Part shown: in pieces, positions 17,210-27,188 of the stretch
Layout of the letters: each line of letters opens with the position of its first letter
How positions within the stretch are numbered: position 1 is the first letter of the stretch
NCBI GenBank assembly: GCA_947479535.1
Contig: CANJZQ010000001.1
Location: forward strand, 142,324 to 206,323
Reading direction: 5' to 3'
Source: Oligoflexales bacterium
GTDB taxonomy: Bacteria > Bdellovibrionota_B > Oligoflexia > Oligoflexales > RGVZ01
Length of the DNA: 64,000 nucleotides
Made by a program: the position numbers and the translations under genes
The notes under the pieces: generated by a model
The model's input: the letters and a program-made list of their open reading frames with translations, nothing else
Told to the model about the DNA's origin: nothing
The model's database searches: none

Positions 17210-18430
17210 GTGGCACCGATGCCCTCTTTTCGTTCTGGGCTTGAGGCTTGGATCGGCAATCCCAGGATTGCTGATCCGTGGGGCAACTGCGCGTTGCTGT
17301 GCAATCAGGCTTCCGTTACCAGCGATTTTGAACCGGCCTGGAAGGTTGCACACCGGTTGCTTGGCACACGGTTAAAGGCATTGTTGGGTCCTCAACACGG
17401 CTTTTACGGCACTGCACAAGACAACATGATCGAGACGCGTCACGTTCACGACGAACATCTGAAAATTCCGATCTATAGCCTTTATTCCGAAACCAGAGAA
17501 CCAACTCCGGAAATGCTCGAAGGAATCGACACCCTGATCGTCGATTTACAAATTGTCGGTTGCCGGATCTACACGTGGAAGGCGACGATTGCGGCATGTC
17601 TGCGCGCCGCTGCAAAGTCAGGCAAGCGGGTCGTCATTCTTGATCGCCCCAATCCTGTTGGTGGAGAGGTTCTTGAGGGGCGTGTTCTTGATATGGACGC
17701 ATCGTCATTCGTCGGAGAATTTCCGATTCCAATGCGTCACGGCCTCACAGCCGGAGAGGCCGCAAGATTTTTCAACCGGAAGATCAAGGCAAATCTGGAC
17801 GTGGTTGCGCTAGAGGGGTGGCGCCCCCAGATGCTGTGGGCAGATTTGAACCGGCCGTGGGTTCTCACATCGCCGAATTTGCCGACGATCGACCCCGTTC
17901 ACGTTTATCCAGGACTCGTGATTTTAGAAGGCACCAATATTTCTGAAGGTCGCGGAACTGGTTTGCCATTTCAGTTCACCGGTGCACCATACATCAATCG
18001 TTCTTCGGACCTGATCGAACGTGTGAGGCAATTGCTTGGATTGAAAACGGGGCAGCATCCGCCCGGAATTTTTCTTCGTGAAGCAAGCTTCGAGCCGACT
18101 TCGGGAAAGTGGATGAAGAAGGTCTGCTACGGATTGCAGGTGCACGTTGTTGATCCATCTAAAGTGCGAAGTTTTGATTTTGCCGTGGCTTTGGTCAGAG
18201 CCTGCATTGAGCTTTCAGATGGTGCCTTCGCGTGGAAGGATCCACCCTACGAATACGATCTCGTGACCTTGCCCATGAAATTGATCATCGGATCACAGCA
18301 GGCCGACCAGAAATTTATGGGTCAGGATTTCTCTATCGAGGATCCCTTCTGGCACGAAGGGCTGGCAGATTTTGCCCAGGAGGCCCAGGAAATTTTAATT
18401 TACGAACGTGAGCACGGGCCGATGGCCTAG
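17210..18430 (+). CDS. DUF1343 family protein (NamZ-like exo-beta-N-acetylmuramidase)
   Basis: LLGPQHGFYG, IPIYSLYSETREPTPEML, DTLIVDLQIVGCRIYTW, VILDRPNPVGG and SFVGEFPIPMRHGLTAGE match the DUF1343 pattern. The start may be ATG 17219. Confidence 0.8.
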   Translation: MAPMPSFRSGLEAWIGNPRIADPWGNCALLCNQASVTSDFEPAWKVAHRLLGTRLKALLGPQHGFYGTAQDNMIETRHVHDEHLKIPIYSLYSETREPTPEMLEGIDTLIVDLQIVGCRIYTWKATIAACLRAAAKSGKRVVILDRPNPVGGEVLEGRVLDMDASSFVGEFPIPMRHGLTAGEAARFFNRKIKANLDVVALEGWRPQMLWADLNRPWVLTSPNLPTIDPVHVYPGLVILEGTNISEGRGTGLPFQFTGAPYINRSSDLIERVRQLLGLKTGQHPPGIFLREASFEPTSGKWMKKVCYGLQVHVVDPSKVRSFDFAVALVRACIELSDGAFAWKDPPYEYDLVTLPMKLIIGSQQADQKFMGQDFSIEDPFWHEGLADFAQEAQEILIYEREHGPMA

Positions 18431-18442
18431 GCTAGTATGCTG

Positions 18443-19882
18443 TTAGTCTGTACTTGCAGTTGCACCTGCTGGCTCATCGCTCGCTTCGGCAGCAATGATC
18501 TCTTGGAAACCAACGAGCTTGCTGATCGACCCGAAGTCCTTGTCGACCCGAGCTTGTTCCGATAAGCGTGGCTCAAGTTGAACTGCCTCGCGCAGAGAAT
18601 ACAGTGCCTCATCCTTTCGGCCAAGTAGCGCCAATGCACACGCCTCGTTGTAGCGCGCAGAGGCGTCTCCTGGATCGATCTCCGTAGCTCTTGTGAACTC
18701 AATCAACGCAGCGTTTAAATCGGATTGCCGGTAGAGGGCAAGGCCCAGGCCGTTGTGGTATTCGCTTCGGGTGGGTTCAAGGACAATGGCGCGCCGGTAT
18801 GCGTCTGCCGCCGCTGCCTGCTGTCCCAAACGATCCGACAAAGCCTCTGCCATGTAAGCATGGACAATGCCCTGACCAGGTCCGATCTCGCTTATCTCCT
18901 GCAACAGGCTGATCAAATGTTTTTCAGCTCGCAGGGACTTATACTCATTGAACAAGAATTCAATCATCGTTGGCCGGTCTCCTGCCATGTCCAGGGCAGT
19001 TACGAATGCATCGTGCGCGGCCCGAAAATTACCCTTGCGCAAATATGCTGCTCCCAGATGCGCCTCGATCATCGATGGAAACTTCTTGTTTGAGGTGCTC
19101 AGGAATTCTGGGTCGCTGCGAAGGCGATTCTTGAGCGCTGTCAAACCAGCAATCCCCTCCTTTGTTTTTCCCAATTTTCGGTAAGAGATCACTGAGTCGC
19201 TGAACAAAAGTTCCTTGTGGTCCGTGCTTCCCTTGTGAAGGCTTTGATAGATTTCATGCGCTTCAGCATAGTGGCCACGCTCTGATTGCCAGGCTGCGAT
19301 CGCCTCGTCAAAACCAGATCCTGGGAACTGGGATGCCCATTCCTCCAGGGCACTAAGCACCATCGGCGGTGACGAAAATCTTGATTCAGTAACGATCACC
19401 AGATAGGGCGCAATGATTCTGCGCAGGCTTCCCTCGAAATTAAGGGCTGCCTGCAGAGCTTTTGCGGTGTCTTCCGCGTTGCTACGATCTGCTGACAGAC
19501 GTGCTTGGCTGAATTGAAGGCGCCATCCGGTGGTGCGTGAACGGCCTTCGTGTAGAATTGCCATCGCCTTATTGCTTTGCCCCAGAGCCTCCAGGACTTC
19601 GGCCATCGCGACATACCCAAATTCCTGGTCGGGAGCCAATTCAAGGGATTGGGTCGCCAGCTCGCTTGCGGCACGAAGTGACTCCACGTCCTGCTGGTCG
19701 TTGGCAAACATCCGCAGATAAGTGTGTGACAGCAGAAAATGATAGTAAGCAGATCCTGGGTCGATTTGAACCAGACGAACTCCCTCCCGCTCCAGCGACG
19801 GCAACGTTTCGTCGTCTGCTGTCCAAATTCGTTCTTCGAGGGTAGCCGGATTCGGGCTTGCGATGGAAATCCCACCAGACAT
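18443..19882 (-). CDS. TPR repeat protein
   Basis: Multiple 34-aa TPR-like repeats (e.g. ARYNEACALALLGRKDEALYSLREAVQLEP). See the finding on a possible upstream ATT start at 19927 that would add a signal peptide. Confidence 0.7.
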   Translation of the reverse strand: MSGGISIASPNPATLEERIWTADDETLPSLEREGVRLVQIDPGSAYYHFLLSHTYLRMFANDQQDVESLRAASELATQSLELAPDQEFGYVAMAEVLEALGQSNKAMAILHEGRSRTTGWRLQFSQARLSADRSNAEDTAKALQAALNFEGSLRRIIAPYLVIVTESRFSSPPMVLSALEEWASQFPGSGFDEAIAAWQSERGHYAEAHEIYQSLHKGSTDHKELLFSDSVISYRKLGKTKEGIAGLTALKNRLRSDPEFLSTSNKKFPSMIEAHLGAAYLRKGNFRAAHDAFVTALDMAGDRPTMIEFLFNEYKSLRAEKHLISLLQEISEIGPGQGIVHAYMAEALSDRLGQQAAAADAYRRAIVLEPTRSEYHNGLGLALYRQSDLNAALIEFTRATEIDPGDASARYNEACALALLGRKDEALYSLREAVQLEPRLSEQARVDKDFGSISKLVGFQEIIAAEASDEPAGATASTD

Positions 19883-20148
19883 GCCGACCAGGAGCGCCGC
19901 AGCGATATTTGACCTGCTGAGTAAAATAAATCACGTCCTTTAACTTTTATATTAATAGGATCGGGATCTTTTAATATTCTATTAGAAGTAATTAAAAATA
20001 AGCCTGTAACTTTTAATAAAAGCTAATGTAATTGATGGTTTAAAAATCAGGCTGACTTCGACCAAAACAGCCAAACACCCGCACTTTTGGTCCATCCCTC
20101 ACTAGATGTGGTTTTTTGTCGATACCAAGCGCTGAAGCGCGAGGGGCG

Positions 20149-22785
20149 ATGAAGAGCATTTTTAAAACAATCCAGGCTCATGTCAAAAGCCGTCAAAGGC
20201 TCGTCATGGCAACCGTTGTGGCTGCTATTTTCGGCCTCTTTGTCGGTATTGCCGGGTTCCGGCTTCTTCCTGGCCTGAGGGCGCGTGTTGGGATTCCTGA
20301 TTGGCCGAATTCTGCCAGCCCACTTTCAAATGGAAACGATCCTGGCCTCGGACAAAACCGCCTTCGGGACCGGCAGGCACGCAAGATGGCGTGGAATAAT
20401 GGATTGGAGTCTTCAGCGCAGGCGCGGCAACTGGCGCAGGCTGTGATGGCAACGGTTCGAAACTTTTACCTGGATTCAGAACGCGTCTCTGAAAATAAAC
20501 TTGGTGAAATCCTGGTCAAGGTTCTTAGAAGAAAATCCTCGGCAATCGCAGTCAGCCTGAGTTCAAATTCAATCATCCTCGGCAGTCAGAAGAAATCAGT
20601 CGCCTTTCCTTTGACCACGGCAGGGCTGGTCGATGCAATTACCGAGGGCAGTGTGCTTCTGTCTGCCGAAGATAGAAATGAAGTGTCAGATCATTCCGAT
20701 GAAACGGATCGTGGCCCGGTAAAAAAATGTCGGGAAATCCTGAATCTCATGGTCTCAGAACTTGATCCGCATTCTTCTGTGTTGTCGCCAGCCTCCTATA
20801 ATGAGCTTCGTCAAGGCACCGAAGGCAGCTTCGGTGGGCTGGGTGTTCTGGTCGGACTTAGAAACCGTGTGCTGACGGTGATCAAACCTTTGCCAAATAG
20901 TCCAGCCGCCCAAGCGGGGGTGTTGGGTGGCGACCGTATTGTACGGATCAATAATCAGCCGACGTTCGGGATGGCTCTTGAAGACCTGATGGACTTCATG
21001 CGAGGCAGCCCGGGGACTCACGTCACGATGCGGATTCTGCGCGAGGGCAGTCATTCCCCAATGGATCTTGTCATCAAGCGGGAAGTCATCCAGGTTGATT
21101 CTGTAACATCTCATCCAGTTGAATTCGGTGAACTAAGAATCTTACGGATAAGCGTCGAGACATTTTCTGCAAAGACATCACGCGAAATCCTTTCTGCTAT
21201 GAAAGCCTTTAAAAAAAATCGCGGTGCGATCGATGGCTTGATTTTGGATTTACGATCAAATCCAGGTGGACTCCTCGATCAAGCGGTCCAAGTGACAGAC
21301 TTGTTTCTTGAGGAGGGCGTCATTGTTTCGACGCGAGGGCGTCGTGAAGAAATCGAAGTTGCTGGAAAGGGATACGATGAGGTCGAATTCCCGATGGTTG
21401 TCCTGATCGATGAGGAGTCCGCCTCAGCCAGTGAGATCGTTGCAGGCGCCCTGCAGGATCATGGCAGGGCTGTCATCCTGGGGCAGCCTAGTTTTGGCAA
21501 GGGCTCTGTACAAACGGTTTTTGAGTTGCCGTTCGATATTGCCCTCAAATTGACCATCGCTCGATATTTCACACCGCTAAACCGTTCGATCCAAAATGTC
21601 GGAATCCTTCCTGATTTATGGCTTCAGCCGCTTATTGAAAAAAACGAAAACCTGAATCTTTTTGGTCCATCCAGATACCGCAACGAGGGATTTCTGGTTC
21701 ACCGCTTGGATGAAAAATCAGACGGACGGCAGCGCATCATGGATCTCGATCAACAAATGTCCGAATCTTGTTGTTCGAAATCATATTTCATCGCGTCAAA
21801 ATCTGGTGCGGAAGATGCAGATGACGAGATTGATGCAGCCAAGAGAGTCATTTTTGCGGCTCACGATGCAATGCTTTCTGAAAGGAATCATGTGTCTTGG
21901 GGAGTCGACAAGGCGCGGGAATGGATTCGTGATCGGGCTGTGCATGCCAGCGTCACTAAAATGGCTGCGGAAGCTTCTCTTTGGATCAAGTCCCGATTCG
22001 GTATTGAATGGGCTCAGCCGAATGAGCGGGGACATTTCAAGTCCCTCGCAACCCAAGGTGGCACGGTCGATTTTAAAGTTCAGTCCCTGTCCGGAAAGCA
22101 AGCGATCGCCGGTGATGAGTCAAGATTCCTTTGGACCATCACTAATATGGGCGCACGTCCCATGCGGAGGATATCTGTCTACCTTCGTAGCTCCGGGGTC
22201 ACCGGTGAAACTCAGGAAATTCTTGTTGGATCGGTTGAGCCAGGGGAATCCAAGTCGGGTCCCATCAGTTGCAGGGCGCCATTCGTCTCCCTTGAAGACT
22301 CCTGGGACATCGATGTTGGCCTTGCAATGGATGCATGGCCGGTGATGTCACTTGTCAAACAGTTTCAATTGAAGGTCGAGACTCGTGATCGCCCTATATT
22401 AAGTTTTGTCACATCAATTGTGAGCGAAAAGGGTGGGGTTGCAAACGGAGTCCTCGATGCGGGGGAACGGGCCAACCTTCATGTGGTGATCACGAATCAA
22501 GGAAGGGTTGGCGTCAATGAAATGTCAGTCAATCTTGTGAACTTAAGCGGGGGGCGTGTCTCAGTGGCGGAGGGTGAGATCATAAAAAAACCAATAACAG
22601 CTGGCAGCAGCGAAAGCTTTGATATTCCTTTGGTGTTTCATGGAAACCACGCTTCGGAAGAAGTTGATGTTGGGATTTCAATTGAATCAAAGGAGATGGA
22701 GTCTCCAGTTGTTCGACAGATAACTTTGCCGGTGTCGGCCATTGCTGGTCGTGTTGGTCAGACGGTACATGAATTTCCGAAATAA
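20149..22785 (+). CDS. S41 family C-terminal processing peptidase with PDZ domain and long C-terminal extension
   Basis: PDZ motifs (GGLGVLV.., GDRIVRINNQP). Also DLRSNPGGLLDQAV, SASASEIVAGALQD and GKGSVQ (Ser/Lys dyad region). ATG 20149 gives an N-terminal TM anchor. The last ~330 aa lie beyond the protease core. Confidence 0.85.
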   Translation: MKSIFKTIQAHVKSRQRLVMATVVAAIFGLFVGIAGFRLLPGLRARVGIPDWPNSASPLSNGNDPGLGQNRLRDRQARKMAWNNGLESSAQARQLAQAVMATVRNFYLDSERVSENKLGEILVKVLRRKSSAIAVSLSSNSIILGSQKKSVAFPLTTAGLVDAITEGSVLLSAEDRNEVSDHSDETDRGPVKKCREILNLMVSELDPHSSVLSPASYNELRQGTEGSFGGLGVLVGLRNRVLTVIKPLPNSPAAQAGVLGGDRIVRINNQPTFGMALEDLMDFMRGSPGTHVTMRILREGSHSPMDLVIKREVIQVDSVTSHPVEFGELRILRISVETFSAKTSREILSAMKAFKKNRGAIDGLILDLRSNPGGLLDQAVQVTDLFLEEGVIVSTRGRREEIEVAGKGYDEVEFPMVVLIDEESASASEIVAGALQDHGRAVILGQPSFGKGSVQTVFELPFDIALKLTIARYFTPLNRSIQNVGILPDLWLQPLIEKNENLNLFGPSRYRNEGFLVHRLDEKSDGRQRIMDLDQQMSESCCSKSYFIASKSGAEDADDEIDAAKRVIFAAHDAMLSERNHVSWGVDKAREWIRDRAVHASVTKMAAEASLWIKSRFGIEWAQPNERGHFKSLATQGGTVDFKVQSLSGKQAIAGDESRFLWTITNMGARPMRRISVYLRSSGVTGETQEILVGSVEPGESKSGPISCRAPFVSLEDSWDIDVGLAMDAWPVMSLVKQFQLKVETRDRPILSFVTSIVSEKGGVANGVLDAGERANLHVVITNQGRVGVNEMSVNLVNLSGGRVSVAEGEIIKKPITAGSSESFDIPLVFHGNHASEEVDVGISIESKEMESPVVRQITLPVSAIAGRVGQTVHEFPK

Positions 22786-22812
22786 TTTTACAGTGACGCC
22801 AGGGAGGCGAGC

Positions 22813-24555
22813 ATGGCTAAGATTGCTTTGATTGCGGGAAAGTTGGAACAGGTTCCTGTGATGCATGTGTTTTCACGCATGGCCTCAGTTCACGAGATTC
22901 GCATCCACGCTTTTCTTGGTTCCATACCGGATTCCATGCGCAATTGTGGGTTCGCATTCAGCCTTTATGAAGCGGATCCGACAAGGGCTGGTTATATGTC
23001 TGGATTGGAAGATCAAATTGCAGACGCGGATCTAATTGTCGTGGCAGGGCCGGAGAACCTCTCCTCGTTTCAGGCAATGCGCTCTGCCTTGAAGAATAAT
23101 ATTCATTGCCACGTAATTTCATTTGATCTTGTTCCCCAGCCATTTGATGATTTCGTAAATATCCGGGCCATCCGCCAAGATGTTTTGAATCGCTGCCAGA
23201 TCATATGGACGACTGGCGAGCGGTCCATTGAAGCCCTGACATTTGAAGGGTATGAGCTTCAGCGAATCCACAACTTGCCGGCTATTTTTGATGGGGAATC
23301 TTTCCCGTTGGATGCTTTGCGCAGCAATAAGTTCAGAGACCATGTTGGAATCAGCCGGGATTCTTTTGTGGTTCTTTTTCAGGATGTGCTTGATCACAAA
23401 GGTGCTGCTGGGGAGTTAGTCAAGGCATTGCATGCACTTCGGGCATCCGGTAACCCTGACTTTGAAAGGTTAGTGGTCTTGTTTTCTGGTCAACGCGAGG
23501 GTTCGGAACCTTTAAAATACATGATTTCCGATTGGCGTCTCTCCAGTCACGTCAGGTTTCTTCATCAGAATAGCTCTGAATTTACTTTGGACTTGTTGAA
23601 TGGAAGCGATCTTGTCGTCGGACCCTGTCATGGTCGGTCAAGCGAAGCACACGTCTTGGCAGCGATTTCCAGTATGGTCGGAGCTCGTCCCCTTCTGAAT
23701 GTTTCACAAACGACAGGCGGTTGGCTTGACATGCCGTGCTTGAGTGTCTCTGAGTACACCAGCCTTCCTCTCGCAAAGGCCATCAAAAACGGTTTGGCCA
23801 CCAGTGATTCAAGGTTGGAGCGGCGTGAGAACTTTCTCAAAGTGATTAGCTCTGCTGATCGGCAGATTGATTCTCAAAACTTCATAGACTTGATTCAGCG
23901 TTCAACGGTGAAATCAGCCTCTCAAAGCGCAACGGCAAAAGATCAATATCTTGAGCAGCAAGTTGCTACAGTTGAATCGATGGGTGCCGGTACATCGCTC
24001 GATGAGAGGTTGCATGCCGTTGAAGATCTTCTGTTGCGTGAACCACCACCTCCACTCGCAGCAAGGGCCCATATGTTCAAGGGGTCTGCTCTGTATGCAG
24101 CGGGTAATTACGAGGCAGCGACCGATGCCTATCGCGCAGCATTGCTGTCCATGCATGGTGTACCAAACGGAGAAAGTTCGCCTCAGCCGCGTTCATTGAT
24201 TTCCAGCTGTTACCGGGGGCTGGGGAATGTTGCAGCCGCGGTTCAATCCCATCAAGAAGCACTCGATCTCTACCGGCGCGCCCTTGCCTTGGAACCACAA
24301 GATTCCCTCACTTGTGCGGGCATCGGAAACGTCTACCGTCGTCTGCGTCTTTATGATGAGTCGCTGCATTGGTTGGCGAAATCGGCTTTGTCGACGCCCG
24401 GTGACGAGTCTGCATTGACGCGCTTTTCTCAAGTCCTTCTTGAGTGTCCAGAAAAACCTGTGGCCGCAAAAGCCTTGATTGACGTCCTTCAGGTGGTTGG
24501 CGAGCATCCCTCGCTAGCGAAAGCGATGGTCAGCCTGGATGTTCGTCTGGATTGA
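22813..24555 (+). CDS. GT-B glycosyltransferase-like N-terminal region fused to C-terminal TPR repeats
   Basis: GGGAGG SD. The middle segment FVVLFQDVLDHKGAAGELVKAL..LVVLFSGQREG..SDLVV resembles a GT4 C-domain, but the catalytic motifs are unclear. C-terminal TPRs (AYRAALL.., YRRALALEPQD). Confidence 0.5.
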   Translation: MAKIALIAGKLEQVPVMHVFSRMASVHEIRIHAFLGSIPDSMRNCGFAFSLYEADPTRAGYMSGLEDQIADADLIVVAGPENLSSFQAMRSALKNNIHCHVISFDLVPQPFDDFVNIRAIRQDVLNRCQIIWTTGERSIEALTFEGYELQRIHNLPAIFDGESFPLDALRSNKFRDHVGISRDSFVVLFQDVLDHKGAAGELVKALHALRASGNPDFERLVVLFSGQREGSEPLKYMISDWRLSSHVRFLHQNSSEFTLDLLNGSDLVVGPCHGRSSEAHVLAAISSMVGARPLLNVSQTTGGWLDMPCLSVSEYTSLPLAKAIKNGLATSDSRLERRENFLKVISSADRQIDSQNFIDLIQRSTVKSASQSATAKDQYLEQQVATVESMGAGTSLDERLHAVEDLLLREPPPPLAARAHMFKGSALYAAGNYEAATDAYRAALLSMHGVPNGESSPQPRSLISSCYRGLGNVAAAVQSHQEALDLYRRALALEPQDSLTCAGIGNVYRRLRLYDESLHWLAKSALSTPGDESALTRFSQVLLECPEKPVAAKALIDVLQVVGEHPSLAKAMVSLDVRLD

Positions 24556-24569
24556 TGGTTGGTGGTGGA

Positions 24570-25004
24570 TTAAAGGCCTGTGGATCCAAATCCGCCCGTA
24601 CGCACCGATGTCGTCACTGCGGACTCGATTTGCAATCTTCCAACGAGATTGACGACGAGCTGGGCGATGCGGTCGCCTGGATTGATCTGAAATGGCTCAG
24701 TGCCAAGATTCAGCAGAAGGACACAAATCTCATCTGGATAATCGGCATCGATGGTTCCGACGCCATTGGCAAGGGTAATCTGCTTTTTGAATGCCAGCCC
24801 GGAGCGCGCACGGATTTGCAATTCAGGGACGAATCCGTCTGGCACTTGATTCCATTCAACACGATCAATAAAAACCCCCGTTGGCACGCGTCCAACGCGG
24901 CCCGGGGGTATTACGAGATATTCAGTCGATTTCAAGTCTGCGCCGGCACTGGCTCCGGTCATATAGGCTGGCTCAAAGCCAGTGCGGAAGCGCAGACTAA
25001 ACAT
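24570..25004 (-). CDS. dut: dUTP diphosphatase
   Basis: Motifs SAGADLKS, RSGLAFK, GTIDADYPDE and RTGGFGSTG. It starts 2 nt after the pnp stop. Confidence 0.9.
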   Translation of the reverse strand: MFSLRFRTGFEPAYMTGASAGADLKSTEYLVIPPGRVGRVPTGVFIDRVEWNQVPDGFVPELQIRARSGLAFKKQITLANGVGTIDADYPDEICVLLLNLGTEPFQINPGDRIAQLVVNLVGRLQIESAVTTSVRTGGFGSTGL

Positions 25005-25006
25005 AA

Positions 25007-27103
25007 TCAGGTAGCCGTGGCGTTTGGCTTCTTGCCGAGGGCGTCTTTACGACTCAGCTTGATTTTACCCTGACGATCAATCTCCAGGATCTTCACCAAG
25101 ACTTCTTCGCCTTCTTTTAAAATGTCTTCCACACGCTCAACACGATTGTTAGCCAGCTGAGAGATATGACACAGCCCTTCGCTACCCGGCTTGATTTCAA
25201 TGAATGCGCCGAAATCCATGATTTTCTTCACAGTGCCAAGGTAAATGGCGCCGATTTCCGGTTCGGATGTGATGGTGCGGATCATTTGCTTTGCAGCTTC
25301 TGCCGAGGTTACATCGGGAGAAACGATATTAACCATACCGTCATCTTCGATGTCGATCTTGACGCCAGTCTGGGCCACGATCTTTTTGATGACCTTGCCC
25401 CCCGGTCCGATCAGTTCACGCACTTTGTCTGGCTTGATCTTAATCTGGAAGATTCGCGGTGCATGCTCAGACAGTTCGCCCGGCTGATTGATTGTACCGG
25501 TCATCTTACCGAGGATGTGCATGCGGCCGCGATTTGCCTGGGCGAGAGCCTTCGACATGATTTCGCCGGTCAGTCCACCAATCTTGATGTCCATCTGGAG
25601 GGCTGTTATGCCCTTGGCGCCACCGCAAACTTTGAAGTCCATGTCGCCGAGGTGATCTTCGTCACCGAGGATATCCGACAGGATCGCGAAGTCATTGCCT
25701 TCCTTGATGAGGCCCATGGCGATACCGGCGACGGGTTCCGTAATTGGCACACCGGCATTCAACAATGCCATCGTTCCGGCACACACGGTTGCCATGGAAG
25801 AGCTGCCGTTTGACTCGAGAACCTCAGACACCAACCGGATGGTGTAACCAAATTTATCTTTGCTCGGAATGACTTGCTGAATTGCGCGTTCGGCAAGGTT
25901 GCCGTGACCAACTTCGCGACGGCTTGGTGCACGCTGCGGTTTTACTTCGCCGACAGAGAAGGCGGGGAAGTTATAGTGCAGCATGAAGCTTTTCACCGCG
26001 TCTGGAGTGGCGATGGTGTCAAGGCGCTGTTCATCGTCGCCCGCGCCAAGGGTCACGGTTGCGAGAGCCTGAGTTTCGCCGCGCTGGAAAAGGGCGGAAC
26101 CATGAGGGCGTTTCAGCACGTCGACTTCACAGCTGATCGGACGGATGTCCTCAAGGCCGCGGCCGTCGATCCTGGAATGGGATTTCAGGATTTCATGGCG
26201 GACGACGTCGTATTGAACTTCTTCACAGATCTTTTTGATGGCGCGCGTTTTAGCGGCATCTGCTTCAGGGTTCAGTGTTGCGATCGCTTTTTTGGTCGCC
26301 TCAGAGAGTGCCTTGCGGCGCTCCTGTTTTGCCCGAATCTGGAATGCCTTTGCGACGTCCGATCCCAATGCTGCCTTGACTGGCCCCATCAGGGATTCGT
26401 GTAGTTGATTGACTGGAACTTGACGCTTTTCTTTGCCAATCGCGCGCTGAACTTCAAGCTGGAGTTCGAAAATCGGCTCCATCGTCTTGTGAGCAAAATT
26501 AATTGCATCGAGCATTTGAGTTTCGCTCAGGAAATTCGCGCCAGCCTCAACCATCAACACAGCTCCCGGCTTCGCGGCGATGTTGAGATCGAGATCGCCT
26601 ATTTCTTCAGGCGTCGGGTCGACGATGTATTTGCCGTCTTTCATGCCAACCCGCAGTGCAGCGACTGGTCCGTTGAACGGGATGTCGCTGATCATCAGCG
26701 CAACACTTGCGCCCATACAGGCCAGTGGTGCCGGCTGATGCTTCGGATCGTAGGACAGAACCATACAGATCACTTGGGTTTCGTTCAGGAAGGCCTCAGG
26801 GAAGCACGGGCGGAGCGGACGATCGATAGTTCTGGCAGTCAGGACTTCGCGTTCGCTTGGCCTGCTTTCGCGTTTGAAAAATCCACCCGGGATGCGACCC
26901 GCTGCATAGAAGCGTTCGAAGTAATCCACGGTCAGTGGGAAAAAGTCCTGCCCTTCCTTGGCTTCTTCCGAAGAACAAACGGTGACGAGGACTTGAGTGT
27001 CGCCACAGGATACCAAGACGGATCCGTTGGCTTGCTTTGCGAACTTGTTGAATTCAAATTTGATTTTCTTGCCGGCAATTTCAACTTCACGGATCAGTGA
27101 CAT
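25007..27103 (-). CDS. pnp: Polyribonucleotide nucleotidyltransferase (PNPase)
   Basis: Two RNase PH domains, then KH (GPGGKVIKKI) and S1 (GTVKKIMDFGAFIEI). ATG 27103 follows GAGG and gives 698 aa. The track start 27190 would read through the rpsO-pnp hairpin. Confidence 0.95.
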   Translation of the reverse strand: MSLIREVEIAGKKIKFEFNKFAKQANGSVLVSCGDTQVLVTVCSSEEAKEGQDFFPLTVDYFERFYAAGRIPGGFFKRESRPSEREVLTARTIDRPLRPCFPEAFLNETQVICMVLSYDPKHQPAPLACMGASVALMISDIPFNGPVAALRVGMKDGKYIVDPTPEEIGDLDLNIAAKPGAVLMVEAGANFLSETQMLDAINFAHKTMEPIFELQLEVQRAIGKEKRQVPVNQLHESLMGPVKAALGSDVAKAFQIRAKQERRKALSEATKKAIATLNPEADAAKTRAIKKICEEVQYDVVRHEILKSHSRIDGRGLEDIRPISCEVDVLKRPHGSALFQRGETQALATVTLGAGDDEQRLDTIATPDAVKSFMLHYNFPAFSVGEVKPQRAPSRREVGHGNLAERAIQQVIPSKDKFGYTIRLVSEVLESNGSSSMATVCAGTMALLNAGVPITEPVAGIAMGLIKEGNDFAILSDILGDEDHLGDMDFKVCGGAKGITALQMDIKIGGLTGEIMSKALAQANRGRMHILGKMTGTINQPGELSEHAPRIFQIKIKPDKVRELIGPGGKVIKKIVAQTGVKIDIEDDGMVNIVSPDVTSAEAAKQMIRTITSEPEIGAIYLGTVKKIMDFGAFIEIKPGSEGLCHISQLANNRVERVEDILKEGEEVLVKILEIDRQGKIKLSRKDALGKKPNATAT

Positions 27104-27188
27104 GGGAACCTCTGTCGATGGGAGAGCGGATGGTCGGGATGCGTCGGCAGCAAAGGAAGCCAATAAAAACGCGGACCCGTTCTGCGAC

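Noticed and set aside
25166-27100. Large antisense track ORFs inside pnp (215, 176 and 231 aa). There are similar ones inside rho (50974..51546), rimO (48720..49409), the 399-aa ORF (8357..9076), flgK, ftsY and others.
   Set aside because: These are shadow ORFs opposite well-supported genes, with low-complexity, Arg/His/Cys-rich translations and no motifs.
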